Below, one piece after another: positions 45,395 through 54,941 of a stretch of 64,000 nucleotides of DNA. Every line of letters begins with the position of its first letter. The stretch's first letter is position 1. The stretch is from Candidatus Saccharimonadota bacterium (GTDB lineage: Bacteria > Patescibacteriota > Saccharimonadia > Saccharimonadales > Saccharimonadaceae), in NCBI GenBank assembly GCA_017552385.1, contig JAFZQB010000008.1, forward strand, positions 1,663 to 65,662. Direction: 5' to 3'. Made by a program: the position numbers and the translations under genes. The notes under the pieces were generated by a model, which was not told the origin of the DNA, made no database searches, and worked only from the letters and a program-made list of their open reading frames with translations.

Positions 45395-45521
45395 TTTTCC
45401 ACCAAAAGCAAGGAGTTTTCCACATCGTGAACGGGGTAAGTGGAAATCCGTGGAAAAGTTCTTCCCTGTTAATTTTTTAAATATTATAAAACAAAAAATC
45501 TTACAAGAAACCTGTGGAAAA
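45395..45521. other. oriC part 1: DnaA-box cluster between rpmH and dnaA
   Basis: TTTTCCACC (45395), TTTTCCACA (45416), GTGGAAAT (45440), CGTGGAAAA (45449) and TGTGGAAAA (45513) are variants of TTWTNCACA. AT-rich flanks. Confidence 0.8.
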
Positions 45522-45570
45522 CTTTATTAACTTCGGTTATAATTGTTCTATCAAAGGAGGTCGATAAGAA

Positions 45571-46965
45571 GTGTTTGATGTATTCCAGAATGTCCTAGCA
45601 GAAACCCGAAAAGGGATTGGTGAGATGAATTATAAAATATGGTTCGAGAATGTCGAATTAATCTCACTAGATAAAGAGCTGATGTCGGCTACAATCGGTG
45701 TGCCTAATGTTTTTAAGAAAAAAGGATTAGAAACTAGGTATAAGGGTGAGTTATTAAAAGCGTTTGAACATAATGACCTCCCCCTAAAGCAGCTAGATTT
45801 TACAATTACCTCCAGTGAGAAAACAAGAGTAAGAGCGAGAGAAGTAAGGGGCGGGGATCCGTTGAGGTTTGGTGATGAGCCGCTTAGGCCCACTAAGAAG
45901 GTGCCCCAAAAAATTACACCACCCAAACTCCTACCTCGCACTACAACTAGTGGATTAAATCCTAAGTACACATTAGACAACTTCGTTGTAGGTAGAAATA
46001 ATGACTTAGCTGCTGGTGTTGCAAAACAGATCGTAAAAGACCCTGGTGGCAAATATAACCCGTTCTTCTTGTATGGCGGTCCAGGACTTGGTAAAACTCA
46101 CTTGGTGCAAGCGATTGGAAACGCGATTCTCGCAAAAGACCCAAACAAAAAAGTATTATATATAACAACAAACCATTTCTATTCTGAGTTTATTAACGCA
46201 GTGCGTAGTGGTAAAGGAGAAGAGTTTGTAAAGAGGTTCCAGAAGCTTGATGTATTAATTATAGATGACTTTCAGATGATTATTGGTAAGGACCGGAGCC
46301 AAGAAGAATTCTTTAATATCTTTAATGATTTACACCAAACAAATAAACAAATTATTGTAACAAGTGATCGGCTTCCTGATCAGATTAAGACCCTTGATGC
46401 GAGGCTTGCTGGGAGGTTAACGTGGGCTGGTGCATATGATTTACAGCTTCCTGGTTTTGAAGATAGATGTGCAATTTTAAAGGCGAAGGCAGAGTTTATG
46501 GGGCAGACTATTGAGGACAAGGCGGTTGAGTTTATTGCGGAAAATGTTAAGACGAATATTCGCGACCTAGAAGGTGAGTTTCAAAAGATAATGGCCACAA
46601 GCGAAATACGCGGAATGTCACCTCTTGAGTTAATTAATGAGGGGTATATCTCTGGGACAGTAGTGCGGCGCAGAAGGAATGTAACTGCTAGGATAATTGT
46701 TGAAAAAGTTGCTAAGTATTATGATCTTACGGTAGTTGAAATGACTGGTAAAAGCCGTGTGAGTAATATAAAGACCGCAAGACAAGTCGCAATGTATCTT
46801 TTATCAAAAGAGCTTGGGATGAGCACAACCAAGATTGCCCCCGAGGTAGGAGTAAAAGATCATACAACCGTAATGAACGGAATAAAGAAAATCGACCGGG
46901 ATCAAAAAACTGATCTACAGTTACGTGATCAAGTTGATCAAATTCGTGAGGCTATTTATGGCTAA
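45571..46965 (+). CDS. dnaA: Chromosomal replication initiator DnaA (GTG start)
   Basis: 464 aa. Walker A GGPGLGKTHL, LIIDDFQ, and C-terminal DNA-binding helix KDHTTVMNGIKKI. AAGGAGG SD. Confidence 0.96.
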   Translation: MFDVFQNVLAETRKGIGEMNYKIWFENVELISLDKELMSATIGVPNVFKKKGLETRYKGELLKAFEHNDLPLKQLDFTITSSEKTRVRAREVRGGDPLRFGDEPLRPTKKVPQKITPPKLLPRTTTSGLNPKYTLDNFVVGRNNDLAAGVAKQIVKDPGGKYNPFFLYGGPGLGKTHLVQAIGNAILAKDPNKKVLYITTNHFYSEFINAVRSGKGEEFVKRFQKLDVLIIDDFQMIIGKDRSQEEFFNIFNDLHQTNKQIIVTSDRLPDQIKTLDARLAGRLTWAGAYDLQLPGFEDRCAILKAKAEFMGQTIEDKAVEFIAENVKTNIRDLEGEFQKIMATSEIRGMSPLELINEGYISGTVVRRRRNVTARIIVEKVAKYYDLTVVEMTGKSRVSNIKTARQVAMYLLSKELGMSTTKIAPEVGVKDHTTVMNGIKKIDRDQKTDLQLRDQVDQIREAIYG

Positions 46966-46967
46966 TT

Positions 46968-47228
46968 CGTGGAAAAGCCTGTGTAGAACTTTGTGTGTAC
47001 TGTGTGGGTTTTGTGTAGAAAACTTTGTTCAAAAGTCCAAAATTGGAGAATTGATGGCTTTTGTTTGTGGGAAAATGGTATGTTTCGCGGATAAGTGTTG
47101 GTTCATTGTGGGTAATTATATATATGTTGGTGGAAAAGGTGACCAGGTAAGAAAGGCTGGTTTTATCACGATTTCCACAGTTTCCACATAGTCTATAACT
47201 ATTATTACTTATATAATAAATAATAAAG
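46968..47228. other. oriC part 2: DnaA-box cluster plus AT-rich tract between dnaA and dnaN
   Basis: CGTGGAAAA (46968), TGTGTAGAA(A)ACTTTGT direct repeat, TGTGGGAAAA (47066), GGTGGAAAA (47129) and tandem ATTTCCACA-GTTTCCACA (47171-47188). An AT-rich stretch follows at 47194-47228. Confidence 0.75.
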
Positions 47229-47236
47229 GAGGAAAA

Positions 47237-48343
47237 ATGGAAATTGAAGTAGAGTCAGGAAAACTAGCTAAAGCTCTAGCGATCGTAAGTAGGATTGCAG
47301 TAAATGGAAAAGCGATATTGCCAATTCTTAATAATGTTTTAATTAGAGTAGATGCTAGGAAGGTGAGTCTCACGACAACAAACCTCGATATGGCAGTAGT
47401 TGATTTCCTTCCCGTAAGCGAGAGTAAGGATGGGGTGGTAACCGTGCCTGCTAGACTACTTGCCGAGTTTGTTGGAAACTTACCAAAGGGCGCCCCAGTG
47501 AAGATTATTGCTGATGGAACAAAAGTAGTTACTGAGTCTGGTAAGTATACCTCCACACTTAATGGTACGGTGGCTGATGATTTTCCTGAGTTACCAGAAA
47601 TTGATGAAGTGAAGATGGTTAGGTTTAAGATGGGTGTGGACGAGTTTAAGACTGGAATGAACCAAGTAATGATGGCTTGCTCTAACGACATGACGAGACC
47701 AGCGCTCACTGGTGTATATTTTAATACGGACGACGGGACGCTATATATTGCGGCGACGGATGGGTATAGATTGGCAGAAAGAAGATTTATTGAGAAAGTG
47801 GAAAGCGAAGTGAAGGCGATAGTGCCAGCTAGTTCCCTATCTGAGGTGATGAGGTCATTAAGCGACGAGGAAGAAGAAATAGAAATACTGTTCGACGAGG
47901 CGCAAGTGAGGTTTAGGTTTGGCGAGATTGAAATTACCTCAAAGCTTATTGATGGTAGTTTCCCAGACTATCGACAACTAATTCCAAAAACAAATGAGGC
48001 GGAAATTGTATTAGAAAAAGGAGAACTTTTACGTGTAACAAAGTTAGCTGCGCTTTTTGCTAGGGAAGTTGGTGGATCTATAGTACTGGAAGCAAAAACA
48101 GCGACTAAAACCTTTTCGGTTGCCTCTGTAGCGAACGAATTTGGTGAAAACACATCAGAAATTGAAACAACCATTCCAAAAGATGAGAGGATGACACTAA
48201 ACTCAAGGTTCCTTATTGATGCATTAAACGCGGTTGATGAAGAAAAGGTGGTGTTGGGCTTTTCTGGAAAGCTAAACCCAATAGTTGTTAAGAACGAGAA
48301 GAGTAATAATTATACGCATATTATTATGCCACTAAAGTCATAA
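47237..48343 (+). CDS. dnaN: DNA polymerase III beta sliding clamp
   Basis: 368 aa. Canonical position after dnaA. LTTTNLDMAV, ATDGYRLA and MPLK C-terminal motifs. Confidence 0.95.
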   Translation: MEIEVESGKLAKALAIVSRIAVNGKAILPILNNVLIRVDARKVSLTTTNLDMAVVDFLPVSESKDGVVTVPARLLAEFVGNLPKGAPVKIIADGTKVVTESGKYTSTLNGTVADDFPELPEIDEVKMVRFKMGVDEFKTGMNQVMMACSNDMTRPALTGVYFNTDDGTLYIAATDGYRLAERRFIEKVESEVKAIVPASSLSEVMRSLSDEEEEIEILFDEAQVRFRFGEIEITSKLIDGSFPDYRQLIPKTNEAEIVLEKGELLRVTKLAALFAREVGGSIVLEAKTATKTFSVASVANEFGENTSEIETTIPKDERMTLNSRFLIDALNAVDEEKVVLGFSGKLNPIVVKNEKSNNYTHIIMPLKS

Positions 48344-49359
48344 TGATAGTAAAGAACTGTAAACTTACAAACTTTAGGAGTCACGACTATTTTGAGCTAA
48401 GTTGTTGGAAAGAAACAACGATGCTTTCTGGCGAAAATGGCAGCGGGAAGACCTCTATCCTAGAGGCGATATATGAAGCGATGCGTGGTAAAAGCTTTCG
48501 GGCTGTAGATAAAGAGATTATAAAGCGCGGAGCAGACTTCTATAGGGTTGAGTTGGAATATAAAGATGGCGAAAAAACGACAGTAGTGTATGAGAAAGAT
48601 GGGAAGAAGTATTTTCTTGTTGGTGATAAGAAAGCCGCGAGGCTTCCGCAAAAATATAGGTACCCAGTAGTTTTGTTTGAGCCGGACGACTTAAACTTGA
48701 TAAACAGTTCCCCGTCGCACAGGAGAGACTATTTTGATAGGTATTTTGGCCAATTAAGTGATACATATAGTACTACTGTAAGTAAATACAACAAAGCCCT
48801 CAGACAAAGGAATGAACTATTAAAAAGCACCTTCATATCACGAGATGCGATGTTCTCGTGGAATATAATTTTGAGTCGCCTTGGTGTAGAAATATGGAGA
48901 AGCAGAGAAAAGTTGGTGGCGAGTATTAATGAAGAGCTCACGAAGGTGTATCAGTCGATTGCTGGGAACGACGACGAGGTAGTTATTAAACTAAAGGCAG
49001 ATCCTTGTGGGAGGACGGAAAGTGATTATTTAGGCGAATTAGAGAAAGGGTTTGAAAAGGACAAAGTGCTTAGTCACACGAGTTTTGGTGTACATCGTGA
49101 TAATTATGAATTTTGGTTTAATAATAGACTAGCGGACGGGTCGGCGAGTCGCGGCGAAGTAAGGTCTATTGTAGTTGCACTGAAGTTTATTGAGGCGGAT
49201 ATGATATTAAAAACAGTTGGAAAGGCGCCGGTAGTATTGCTTGATGATGTGTTCTCTGAGCTTGATGAGATGAGACAAAAAGCATTGGTATATAATTTCA
49301 AAAAGAACCAAGTAATTATTACGAGTGTAAATGCAGTTGAAGACATCGAGACTAGTTAG
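48343..49359 (+). CDS. recF: DNA replication/repair protein RecF
   Basis: 338 aa. Walker A GENGSGKTSILEAI, and LLDDVFSELD Walker B/D-loop. ATGA overlap with dnaN. Confidence 0.9.
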   Translation: MIVKNCKLTNFRSHDYFELSCWKETTMLSGENGSGKTSILEAIYEAMRGKSFRAVDKEIIKRGADFYRVELEYKDGEKTTVVYEKDGKKYFLVGDKKAARLPQKYRYPVVLFEPDDLNLINSSPSHRRDYFDRYFGQLSDTYSTTVSKYNKALRQRNELLKSTFISRDAMFSWNIILSRLGVEIWRSREKLVASINEELTKVYQSIAGNDDEVVIKLKADPCGRTESDYLGELEKGFEKDKVLSHTSFGVHRDNYEFWFNNRLADGSASRGEVRSIVVALKFIEADMILKTVGKAPVVLLDDVFSELDEMRQKALVYNFKKNQVIITSVNAVEDIETS

Positions 49360-49987
49360 TTGAGTCTGATGCTGGTTTTTTAACGATGTAAAACTTTGTT
49401 GAAGAGGTGAGTTGGTTGAAGAGTTCAGAACGCGAAAAATGAATAGCGGCTTCTTCTGGGAATAGATAGTCGTCTTTATTGGAGCCGTCTGGATTAAAAT
49501 CGGATGGGTCGAAGCCGACGAAACTATAGTTATATGCAGCGCTAGCATATATAAACAGTGTGGTGGATTTTTTGTCTAGCGAAGAAATACCAGATGGTTC
49601 AAGAATAGCAACGATGGTATCTTCTTGGTCTAGGTAGAAGTTTAATATATTAGAATTCATTGCGGCGACACTCGTTGCGGACGAAAAATCAGGGTTTTCA
49701 ACATTAATATTATAGAGGAGGATGATTTCTTCAGGAACAGCTCCGTAGTTAGGAGAGACTTCGTTTGGTGTTGTGTAGTTGTGGTTGGGGTCTTTGTCTA
49801 CAATAGAGGCAAGTGTTTCATTGAGGCTCTCAACTTGTTCTTGTTGCTCTGCTGTGATAACGTTGTTAAATCTATCCTTGCCGATTATTACAACTATAAT
49901 GATAGCCACAATGGATAAAGCCATGATTATTAGGGCAGCGAGTAAGAGCTTTCGTTTTTTATTGTAGTCTATCATTATGTACCACAA
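49352..49987 (-). CDS. Single-pass membrane protein, paralog of ORF 40095-40853 (candidate immunity/partner protein)
   Basis: 211 aa. TM LLLAALIIMALSIVAIIIVVIIG. Shares C-terminal strings with the 252-aa protein. Start overlaps the upstream gene by 13 nt. Confidence 0.6.
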   Translation of the reverse strand: MWYIMIDYNKKRKLLLAALIIMALSIVAIIIVVIIGKDRFNNVITAEQQEQVESLNETLASIVDKDPNHNYTTPNEVSPNYGAVPEEIILLYNINVENPDFSSATSVAAMNSNILNFYLDQEDTIVAILEPSGISSLDKKSTTLFIYASAAYNYSFVGFDPSDFNPDGSNKDDYLFPEEAAIHFSRSELFNQLTSSTKFYIVKKPASDSTN

Positions 49988-50871
49988 TCCTTTCGATCAT
50001 CGCCGGTCTTGGTGGTCGGTATATAATACTCTGATTCGTAAATGAATCTATTTTGTTTATCGGTGCGGCTGCAGCTGCCATTAGACCAACGGTAGCCCCC
50101 AAAGACTCCGGAGATGTTGTTCCATAGGATGCCACCACCAAAGGTTTCTAGGAATAGGAAGTCCGAATTGTCTAGGTGTTCACGATTTGCGTTTTCTTTA
50201 ACACCGACGACGGTGGCATAATGGCGTTGTGCTTGGGCATCCTGTGAGGTTCTCATAGAAACACGCCGTACGGCGGGGCGACCAGCCATAATATCATCAT
50301 ACATTTTTTGGAAGTTACCATCTCCTTGTATTAAGGAAAACCCGCTAGGTGTTCTACCGCGATCATACCTGCCAGTGCTACAGGAATCGGAGGTGATTGT
50401 GTCGTAAAACATATCATAGGCCATATTACGAGAAACGATATCACAATGTCCATTTTGTGCCGTGGAGTCGGTGTGATTACCATTGAGGTCATAGAGCTTT
50501 TTGTCGCTTTGATCAATATGGTAGGCGCGGACCTTTTCGGCAATATATCTTTCTAGACCGGTTTTGCCGTCGGACCCATCATCATCTTTACCGTTTACAG
50601 TAACTTTAATAACGTTGAATGTCATACCGCACATTGTGAATTTTGTAACGCCTTGGCCTTCCTCGGATGGTACATTACCGCCACCCTCCTCTTCTTCTCC
50701 CTCTGTGCCACAATCTGTTTCATCGTCACATGGTCTAGTAAAAATAATTCCCTCTAGAGCGTAGCGCTGTCTTTCTGCGTTCGAAAATTGGTAAGCAAAG
50801 GCTTTAATAGTTATAGCGCCAGCGATAATGATAGATAGTAGAATAAGAGGAAAATAGTTTTTTCTTAACAT
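49975..50871 (-). CDS. Secreted/anchored protein with a putative papain-like Cys/His domain, paralog of the C-terminus of ORF 38968-40092
   Basis: 298 aa. N-terminal TM/signal, acidic G/E linker, then NGHCDIVSRNMAYDM ... FQKMYDDIMAGRPAV ... QRHYATVVGV, matching the same ordered motifs in the pilin-fusion protein. TGCTATAAT lies 7 nt before the ATG. Confidence 0.65.
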   Translation of the reverse strand: MLRKNYFPLILLSIIIAGAITIKAFAYQFSNAERQRYALEGIIFTRPCDDETDCGTEGEEEEGGGNVPSEEGQGVTKFTMCGMTFNVIKVTVNGKDDDGSDGKTGLERYIAEKVRAYHIDQSDKKLYDLNGNHTDSTAQNGHCDIVSRNMAYDMFYDTITSDSCSTGRYDRGRTPSGFSLIQGDGNFQKMYDDIMAGRPAVRRVSMRTSQDAQAQRHYATVVGVKENANREHLDNSDFLFLETFGGGILWNNISGVFGGYRWSNGSCSRTDKQNRFIYESEYYIPTTKTGDDRKDCGT

Positions 50872-50894
50872 TACCTTTATTATAGCACAAATAA

Positions 50895-51572
50895 TTATTG
50901 TAAGGAATTGAGCGAACGGACCATCTGTTGATCGAGAAAGGAAAGGTCGGAGTAAGTGTAAAAGAGTTTAGGCATCGTTTTTGGCTCGCCGTTCTCTAGG
51001 ATAAAGCGATAGGTATTAGTGGAGCCGTCATAAAGAGAATGGGTGAGGGTCTGGACGGTATATGGAGATTCGCCAAAAGCGTAGAGATTGGATTTTGTAA
51101 ACCCAGACGGTAGATTATTGGATTTGAGGTCTTCTAAAGAGTAGCCAGTGAAGGGGTTGTAATAATTTAGGAGCTCGATCTCATAATCAAGAGGGTCGTA
51201 TTTGCCAAAATTTTCAGTGAGAAGACGTGTAACCATGGTATCGCGAGAGGAGGCGGAAAGTGCAGAAAGAGTGAGCTTAAAAGTGTAGTCTCCCATACTA
51301 TCGGTGTCTAAAAGGTAAGAGATTTGGTATGATGGGCTTTCGGAAATAATCGGGAGATAGTCAGAGATTTTAAAAGCTTCATTTTCTGAGAGGGCTTTTT
51401 GATCAGCCGCAAGAGAGGCGTCGTACTCTCTAGAACTATCACCTTCGATACCGTCATTTTCTGAAGAAGTGGCTATGCTAACTATGACCGCTAAAACGAC
51501 GATAATAAGAAGACCAACGACGACGAAGGAGAGAAGTTTGTGTTTTTGAAAGAGGGATTTAATAGTCTGCAT
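50895..51572 (-). CDS. Single-pass membrane protein in the T4SS operon (position analogous to VirB8/PrgL-like components)
   Basis: 225 aa. TM LLSFVVVGLLIIVVLAVIVSIA plus a roughly 180-aa extracytoplasmic domain. The functional call rests on gene order only. Confidence 0.4.
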   Translation of the reverse strand: MQTIKSLFQKHKLLSFVVVGLLIIVVLAVIVSIATSSENDGIEGDSSREYDASLAADQKALSENEAFKISDYLPIISESPSYQISYLLDTDSMGDYTFKLTLSALSASSRDTMVTRLLTENFGKYDPLDYEIELLNYYNPFTGYSLEDLKSNNLPSGFTKSNLYAFGESPYTVQTLTHSLYDGSTNTYRFILENGEPKTMPKLFYTYSDLSFLDQQMVRSLNSLQ

Positions 51573-51574
51573 AA

Positions 51575-53041
51575 CTATGACTCACTTTCAGCATCAGTTA
51601 TGACTTCATCGGCCGGGATATTAGTCTCTGGATTGGCCGCAAGGCGATAGACAGAGATTGGATAAGTGGTGCCATTGAAGCTAGAGGACATACGGGAGAG
51701 ACGGTTTAAAGAAGGGGTCCAGGTTTGGTAAGAAGCGGAAGCGATATTAACCTTGCAGGTGCTATTGGGGCAAGCGCTACCTTTAACGGTTTGCTCGCCA
51801 ATCCAAATTTGGATGTGGCCACCACGGGCATCGCCGCTTCCAGAAGAATAAGCAAGCACATCGCCCGGTTTGAGGTTAGACATTGAAAAAACTTGTCCGT
51901 CAGTGGAGACTTTTGTCCACTTATTGGACCGATTCATATAAGCCATCTGGGAGCGAACGCCGACTTTAGGAAAATCGGTATCGACTTGGGAATAAACCAT
52001 GACAGCGCCGACGAATTTACCACAGTCGCGGAGAGAAAGACCACCGACGGCTTTTTGCGCAAGTTTTGCTGTGGAGTTGAGCGTGTTAGAGCAAGCTTGA
52101 ATGCCGCCATCGGCACGAGGCTTCCAGGCAGTGAGGCCATAGAAAGTCTCACAATTCCCTTCGGTGTTTGGCCAAGACATCGAAATGGCTGTCTCAACGA
52201 TTTTCTTGCTGCCTTCTGTGCCGCTGCTAATGCCATTACAGGAGACGGACGATGAAATGGTACCTACAGTTGACCCAGATATTTCTCCGACTTCAGCGAG
52301 GGCAGACTTAGCCCATTTAAGACGATTCATGAATGCGGAGTAGGCAGATGAGGTTTGTGTTTCGGAAAGTTCAGCGTAAGATCCTGGTGCGTAGTTGTTA
52401 TAGCAACCGGCACGATCGTTGGTGGTGCAAAATGAGGAACGAGGAGTTTCAAAGCGACGATACATAAAGAAGGTGGCGTCTTCTAGAGAGCTGGCATTCA
52501 TATTAGTGACAGATGAGCCATGACCACGCACTTCACGTTGGAGTTCATCGAACAAGTAGCCCAATTGGGCTTCCATAGAGATTACTGGTAAACCATTTGC
52601 GTCGGCGAAATTTTGGAGTGCGGTTTGTCGTCCAGAAGAAGTCCATTGTGCTATACCGAACCCACGTTTGCCGTACTTTTCCCATGAGGTAAGGCGCCAA
52701 GTTGGGTCTGTGACTAGTTCCCCGCCTTCTTTTTTGTTTGGAACAACGCTAGACTCGGCAATGAGGTTGCCAACGATAGCTGCGGCGGAGGTTGCAGAAT
52801 AGCCTTTATTGATGAGGTAATTTAGGGCGGTTTTAGAATTGTCACCCAGGTCGACCAAGTCACCATCTAAACAATTGGATGAGGCAGTTTCATCATCTAT
52901 AAACATAATGTTGTTTTGAGCATAAAACTTGAGATCTTCTTTTGATATAGCATATGCAGAAACTGTAAGATAAGCAGGCGCCACAAAAGAAAGGAGAACA
53001 CTAGAAACAAGAAGAAGGTAACGTTTGACCATATAATACAT
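51575..53041 (-). CDS. T4SS-associated peptidoglycan hydrolase (tail-lysozyme-like N-domain plus CHAP/NlpC-P60-like C-domain; VirB1/PrgK analogue)
   Basis: 488 aa with a signal peptide. AAAIVGNLIAESS...GFGIAQWTSSGR lysozyme-like motif. C-terminal CGKFVGAVMV ... GGHIQIWIG Cys/His pair. The true start may be MVKRY (53032). Confidence 0.7.
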   Translation of the reverse strand: MYYMVKRYLLLVSSVLLSFVAPAYLTVSAYAISKEDLKFYAQNNIMFIDDETASSNCLDGDLVDLGDNSKTALNYLINKGYSATSAAAIVGNLIAESSVVPNKKEGGELVTDPTWRLTSWEKYGKRGFGIAQWTSSGRQTALQNFADANGLPVISMEAQLGYLFDELQREVRGHGSSVTNMNASSLEDATFFMYRRFETPRSSFCTTNDRAGCYNNYAPGSYAELSETQTSSAYSAFMNRLKWAKSALAEVGEISGSTVGTISSSVSCNGISSGTEGSKKIVETAISMSWPNTEGNCETFYGLTAWKPRADGGIQACSNTLNSTAKLAQKAVGGLSLRDCGKFVGAVMVYSQVDTDFPKVGVRSQMAYMNRSNKWTKVSTDGQVFSMSNLKPGDVLAYSSGSGDARGGHIQIWIGEQTVKGSACPNSTCKVNIASASYQTWTPSLNRLSRMSSSFNGTTYPISVYRLAANPETNIPADEVITDAESES

Positions 53042-53114
53042 ATATTATAGCATATTGCGGGCATTATTTGAATGGCCGCAAGATAAGTGGTGGGATTGGG
53101 TGTGTAGACTTAGG

Positions 53115-54941
53115 CTAGCGTTGTTGGGGTTGGATAGCACCTGGATTGGTAGTGATAAGAGATTCTTCAGTCTCAGATGCAATAACTTGGATATGAACGT
53201 GGTTTGGTCCGGCGAAGAAGAGACCTTGTCCGACCGGGAAGCTAGCAAGGCGCTTCTTCTCCTCGTCGGTGAGTTTGAAGACATCGGAGAGAACATCTAC
53301 TGCAGACGACGATTGTTTTAGAAGAAGCTGCATGGAGGAGTTAGTAACAATAGCACGGCCCATTTTAGTAGACATAAAGTCTTCGACATCTTGAGTAATG
53401 GTGGTAAGACCGAGATAGTATTTGCGAGCACGTTTGGCTAGTGAGAAGAGGAAGTTTGCGGAATCTTCGAATTGCATGAGTTGCCAGGCTTCGTCGACGA
53501 TTAGAAGACGACGTTTTTGCTCAGCGCGGACGACATTCCATATATGGGAGAGGACGATATACATAGCAACGGGACGTAGTTCGTCCTCAAGATCGCGGAT
53601 ATTGAAAACGACCATTTGGTTATTGATGTCAACATTGGACTGTTGCGAGAAGATGCCTGCGAAAGTTCCCGTGGTATATTTACGAAGGCGTTGAGCGAGC
53701 TGAGGGCCGGAGCCTTCCATATGAAGAAGAGTGTCGTAAAGATTAATGATAGTTGGTGGGGTGCTCTGGTGGGTGAGCGGATCGGAGGTGATGCCAGCAC
53801 GAGCATAAGTGTCAATGAGAGCTTGGTCAAGATCAGCTTCTTCGTTAGGCGTGAGCGGAATAGCTGGCTGTCCATTTACGGGTGTGCCACTGAGCATAAG
53901 ACGGAAAAGACCATGTAGTGTAACGAGGTTGGCACGGAGCGCATCGTTGGCATCTTCAGAGTCGACGACTTTTGGTAGGTCGAAAGGATTGATCCGGACA
54001 TCAGAGTTGAGACTTAAGCGGATATAGGAACCGCCGACGGCGTCACAGAGCTTTTGGTACTCGTTTTCTGGATCAATGATAATGATTTCACTACCGATCA
54101 TCATGGAGCGAAGAGCTTCGAGTTTAACGGTGAAAGATTTACCTGCACCGGACTTAGCGAAGACGACCATATTAGCATTTTCTAGCGAGAAGCGATCGAA
54201 GATGACGAGGCCGTTGTTGTGCATGTTGATACCGTAGAGGATGCCTTTCTCTTGAGTGAGATCGGCGGAAGTGAATGGGAAGGAGGTAGAAATAGCGCCC
54301 GTATTCATGTTGCGGCGAATTTGAAGTTGGTCGGTACAAAGTGGCATACAAGACTGCATCCCTTGTTCCTGTTGAGAAGAAGCGACTTTGGAAAAGACCA
54401 TTTGTTGGCCAAAAAGAGTTTCTATTTTTTGGCGGACGAACTTTAGCTCGTCTAGTGAGTCGGCCCAAAGGGTAACATAAAGGCCAAAACGGAAGAAACG
54501 TTCGGCGCCGACTTGGAGCTGATCGCGAAGCTCCTCAGCATCGTTGATGGCTGCTTCAAGTTCTGGATCACGAATGCGGCCTCTCTCGGCGTTAACGTTC
54601 ATACTAGCTTCGAGCTGGGTAACTTTCTTGCGAAGGTTTTTCATAACTACGCCAGTATCGACAGGATAAATGAACATGGAGATATCAAGGACCTCGTCGA
54701 TATTAATGAGTGGCGAGAGCCAACCGGTATAAAGAGAGCGTGGGTATCCGTAAACATACATAGTGAGGCCGTATTTGGTGCCAAGGCGAAAATGGTCGGA
54801 TTGAATTTCGAGCGAGGATGGAGAAATAAGGTCGCGAAGGGTGGTAATTCCCTGCTCAAACGCCTGTTGGATTTGTTGGTCTTCGTTGATTTGGCTAGAA
54901 GCGCCGATTTGCGCGGCAGTTTTTTTATTTTTCTTAGGCAT
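53115..54941 (-). CDS. virB4: VirB4-family T4SS ATPase (PrgJ/TraE-like)
   Basis: 608 aa. Walker A VFAKSGAGKSFTVK and Walker B RLLIVDEAWQL. N-terminal domain YGYPRSLYTGWLSPLI is typical of Gram-positive VirB4. Confidence 0.9.
   Translation of the reverse strand: MPKKNKKTAAQIGASSQINEDQQIQQAFEQGITTLRDLISPSSLEIQSDHFRLGTKYGLTMYVYGYPRSLYTGWLSPLINIDEVLDISMFIYPVDTGVVMKNLRKKVTQLEASMNVNAERGRIRDPELEAAINDAEELRDQLQVGAERFFRFGLYVTLWADSLDELKFVRQKIETLFGQQMVFSKVASSQQEQGMQSCMPLCTDQLQIRRNMNTGAISTSFPFTSADLTQEKGILYGINMHNNGLVIFDRFSLENANMVVFAKSGAGKSFTVKLEALRSMMIGSEIIIIDPENEYQKLCDAVGGSYIRLSLNSDVRINPFDLPKVVDSEDANDALRANLVTLHGLFRLMLSGTPVNGQPAIPLTPNEEADLDQALIDTYARAGITSDPLTHQSTPPTIINLYDTLLHMEGSGPQLAQRLRKYTTGTFAGIFSQQSNVDINNQMVVFNIRDLEDELRPVAMYIVLSHIWNVVRAEQKRRLLIVDEAWQLMQFEDSANFLFSLAKRARKYYLGLTTITQDVEDFMSTKMGRAIVTNSSMQLLLKQSSSAVDVLSDVFKLTDEEKKRLASFPVGQGLFFAGPNHVHIQVIASETEESLITTNPGAIQPQQR

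Noticed and set aside
45630-46052. 140-aa ORF antisense to dnaA, and a 166-aa ORF (47209-47709) antisense to dnaN
   Set aside because: The sense frames are textbook DnaA and DnaN. The antisense ORFs are compositional artefacts.
46925-47191. 88-aa ORF spanning the dnaA-dnaN intergenic region
   Set aside because: It starts inside dnaA and runs through the DnaA-box cluster. Its Cys/Val/Phe-rich sequence derives from the TGTG/GTGG repeats. The region is better explained as oriC.
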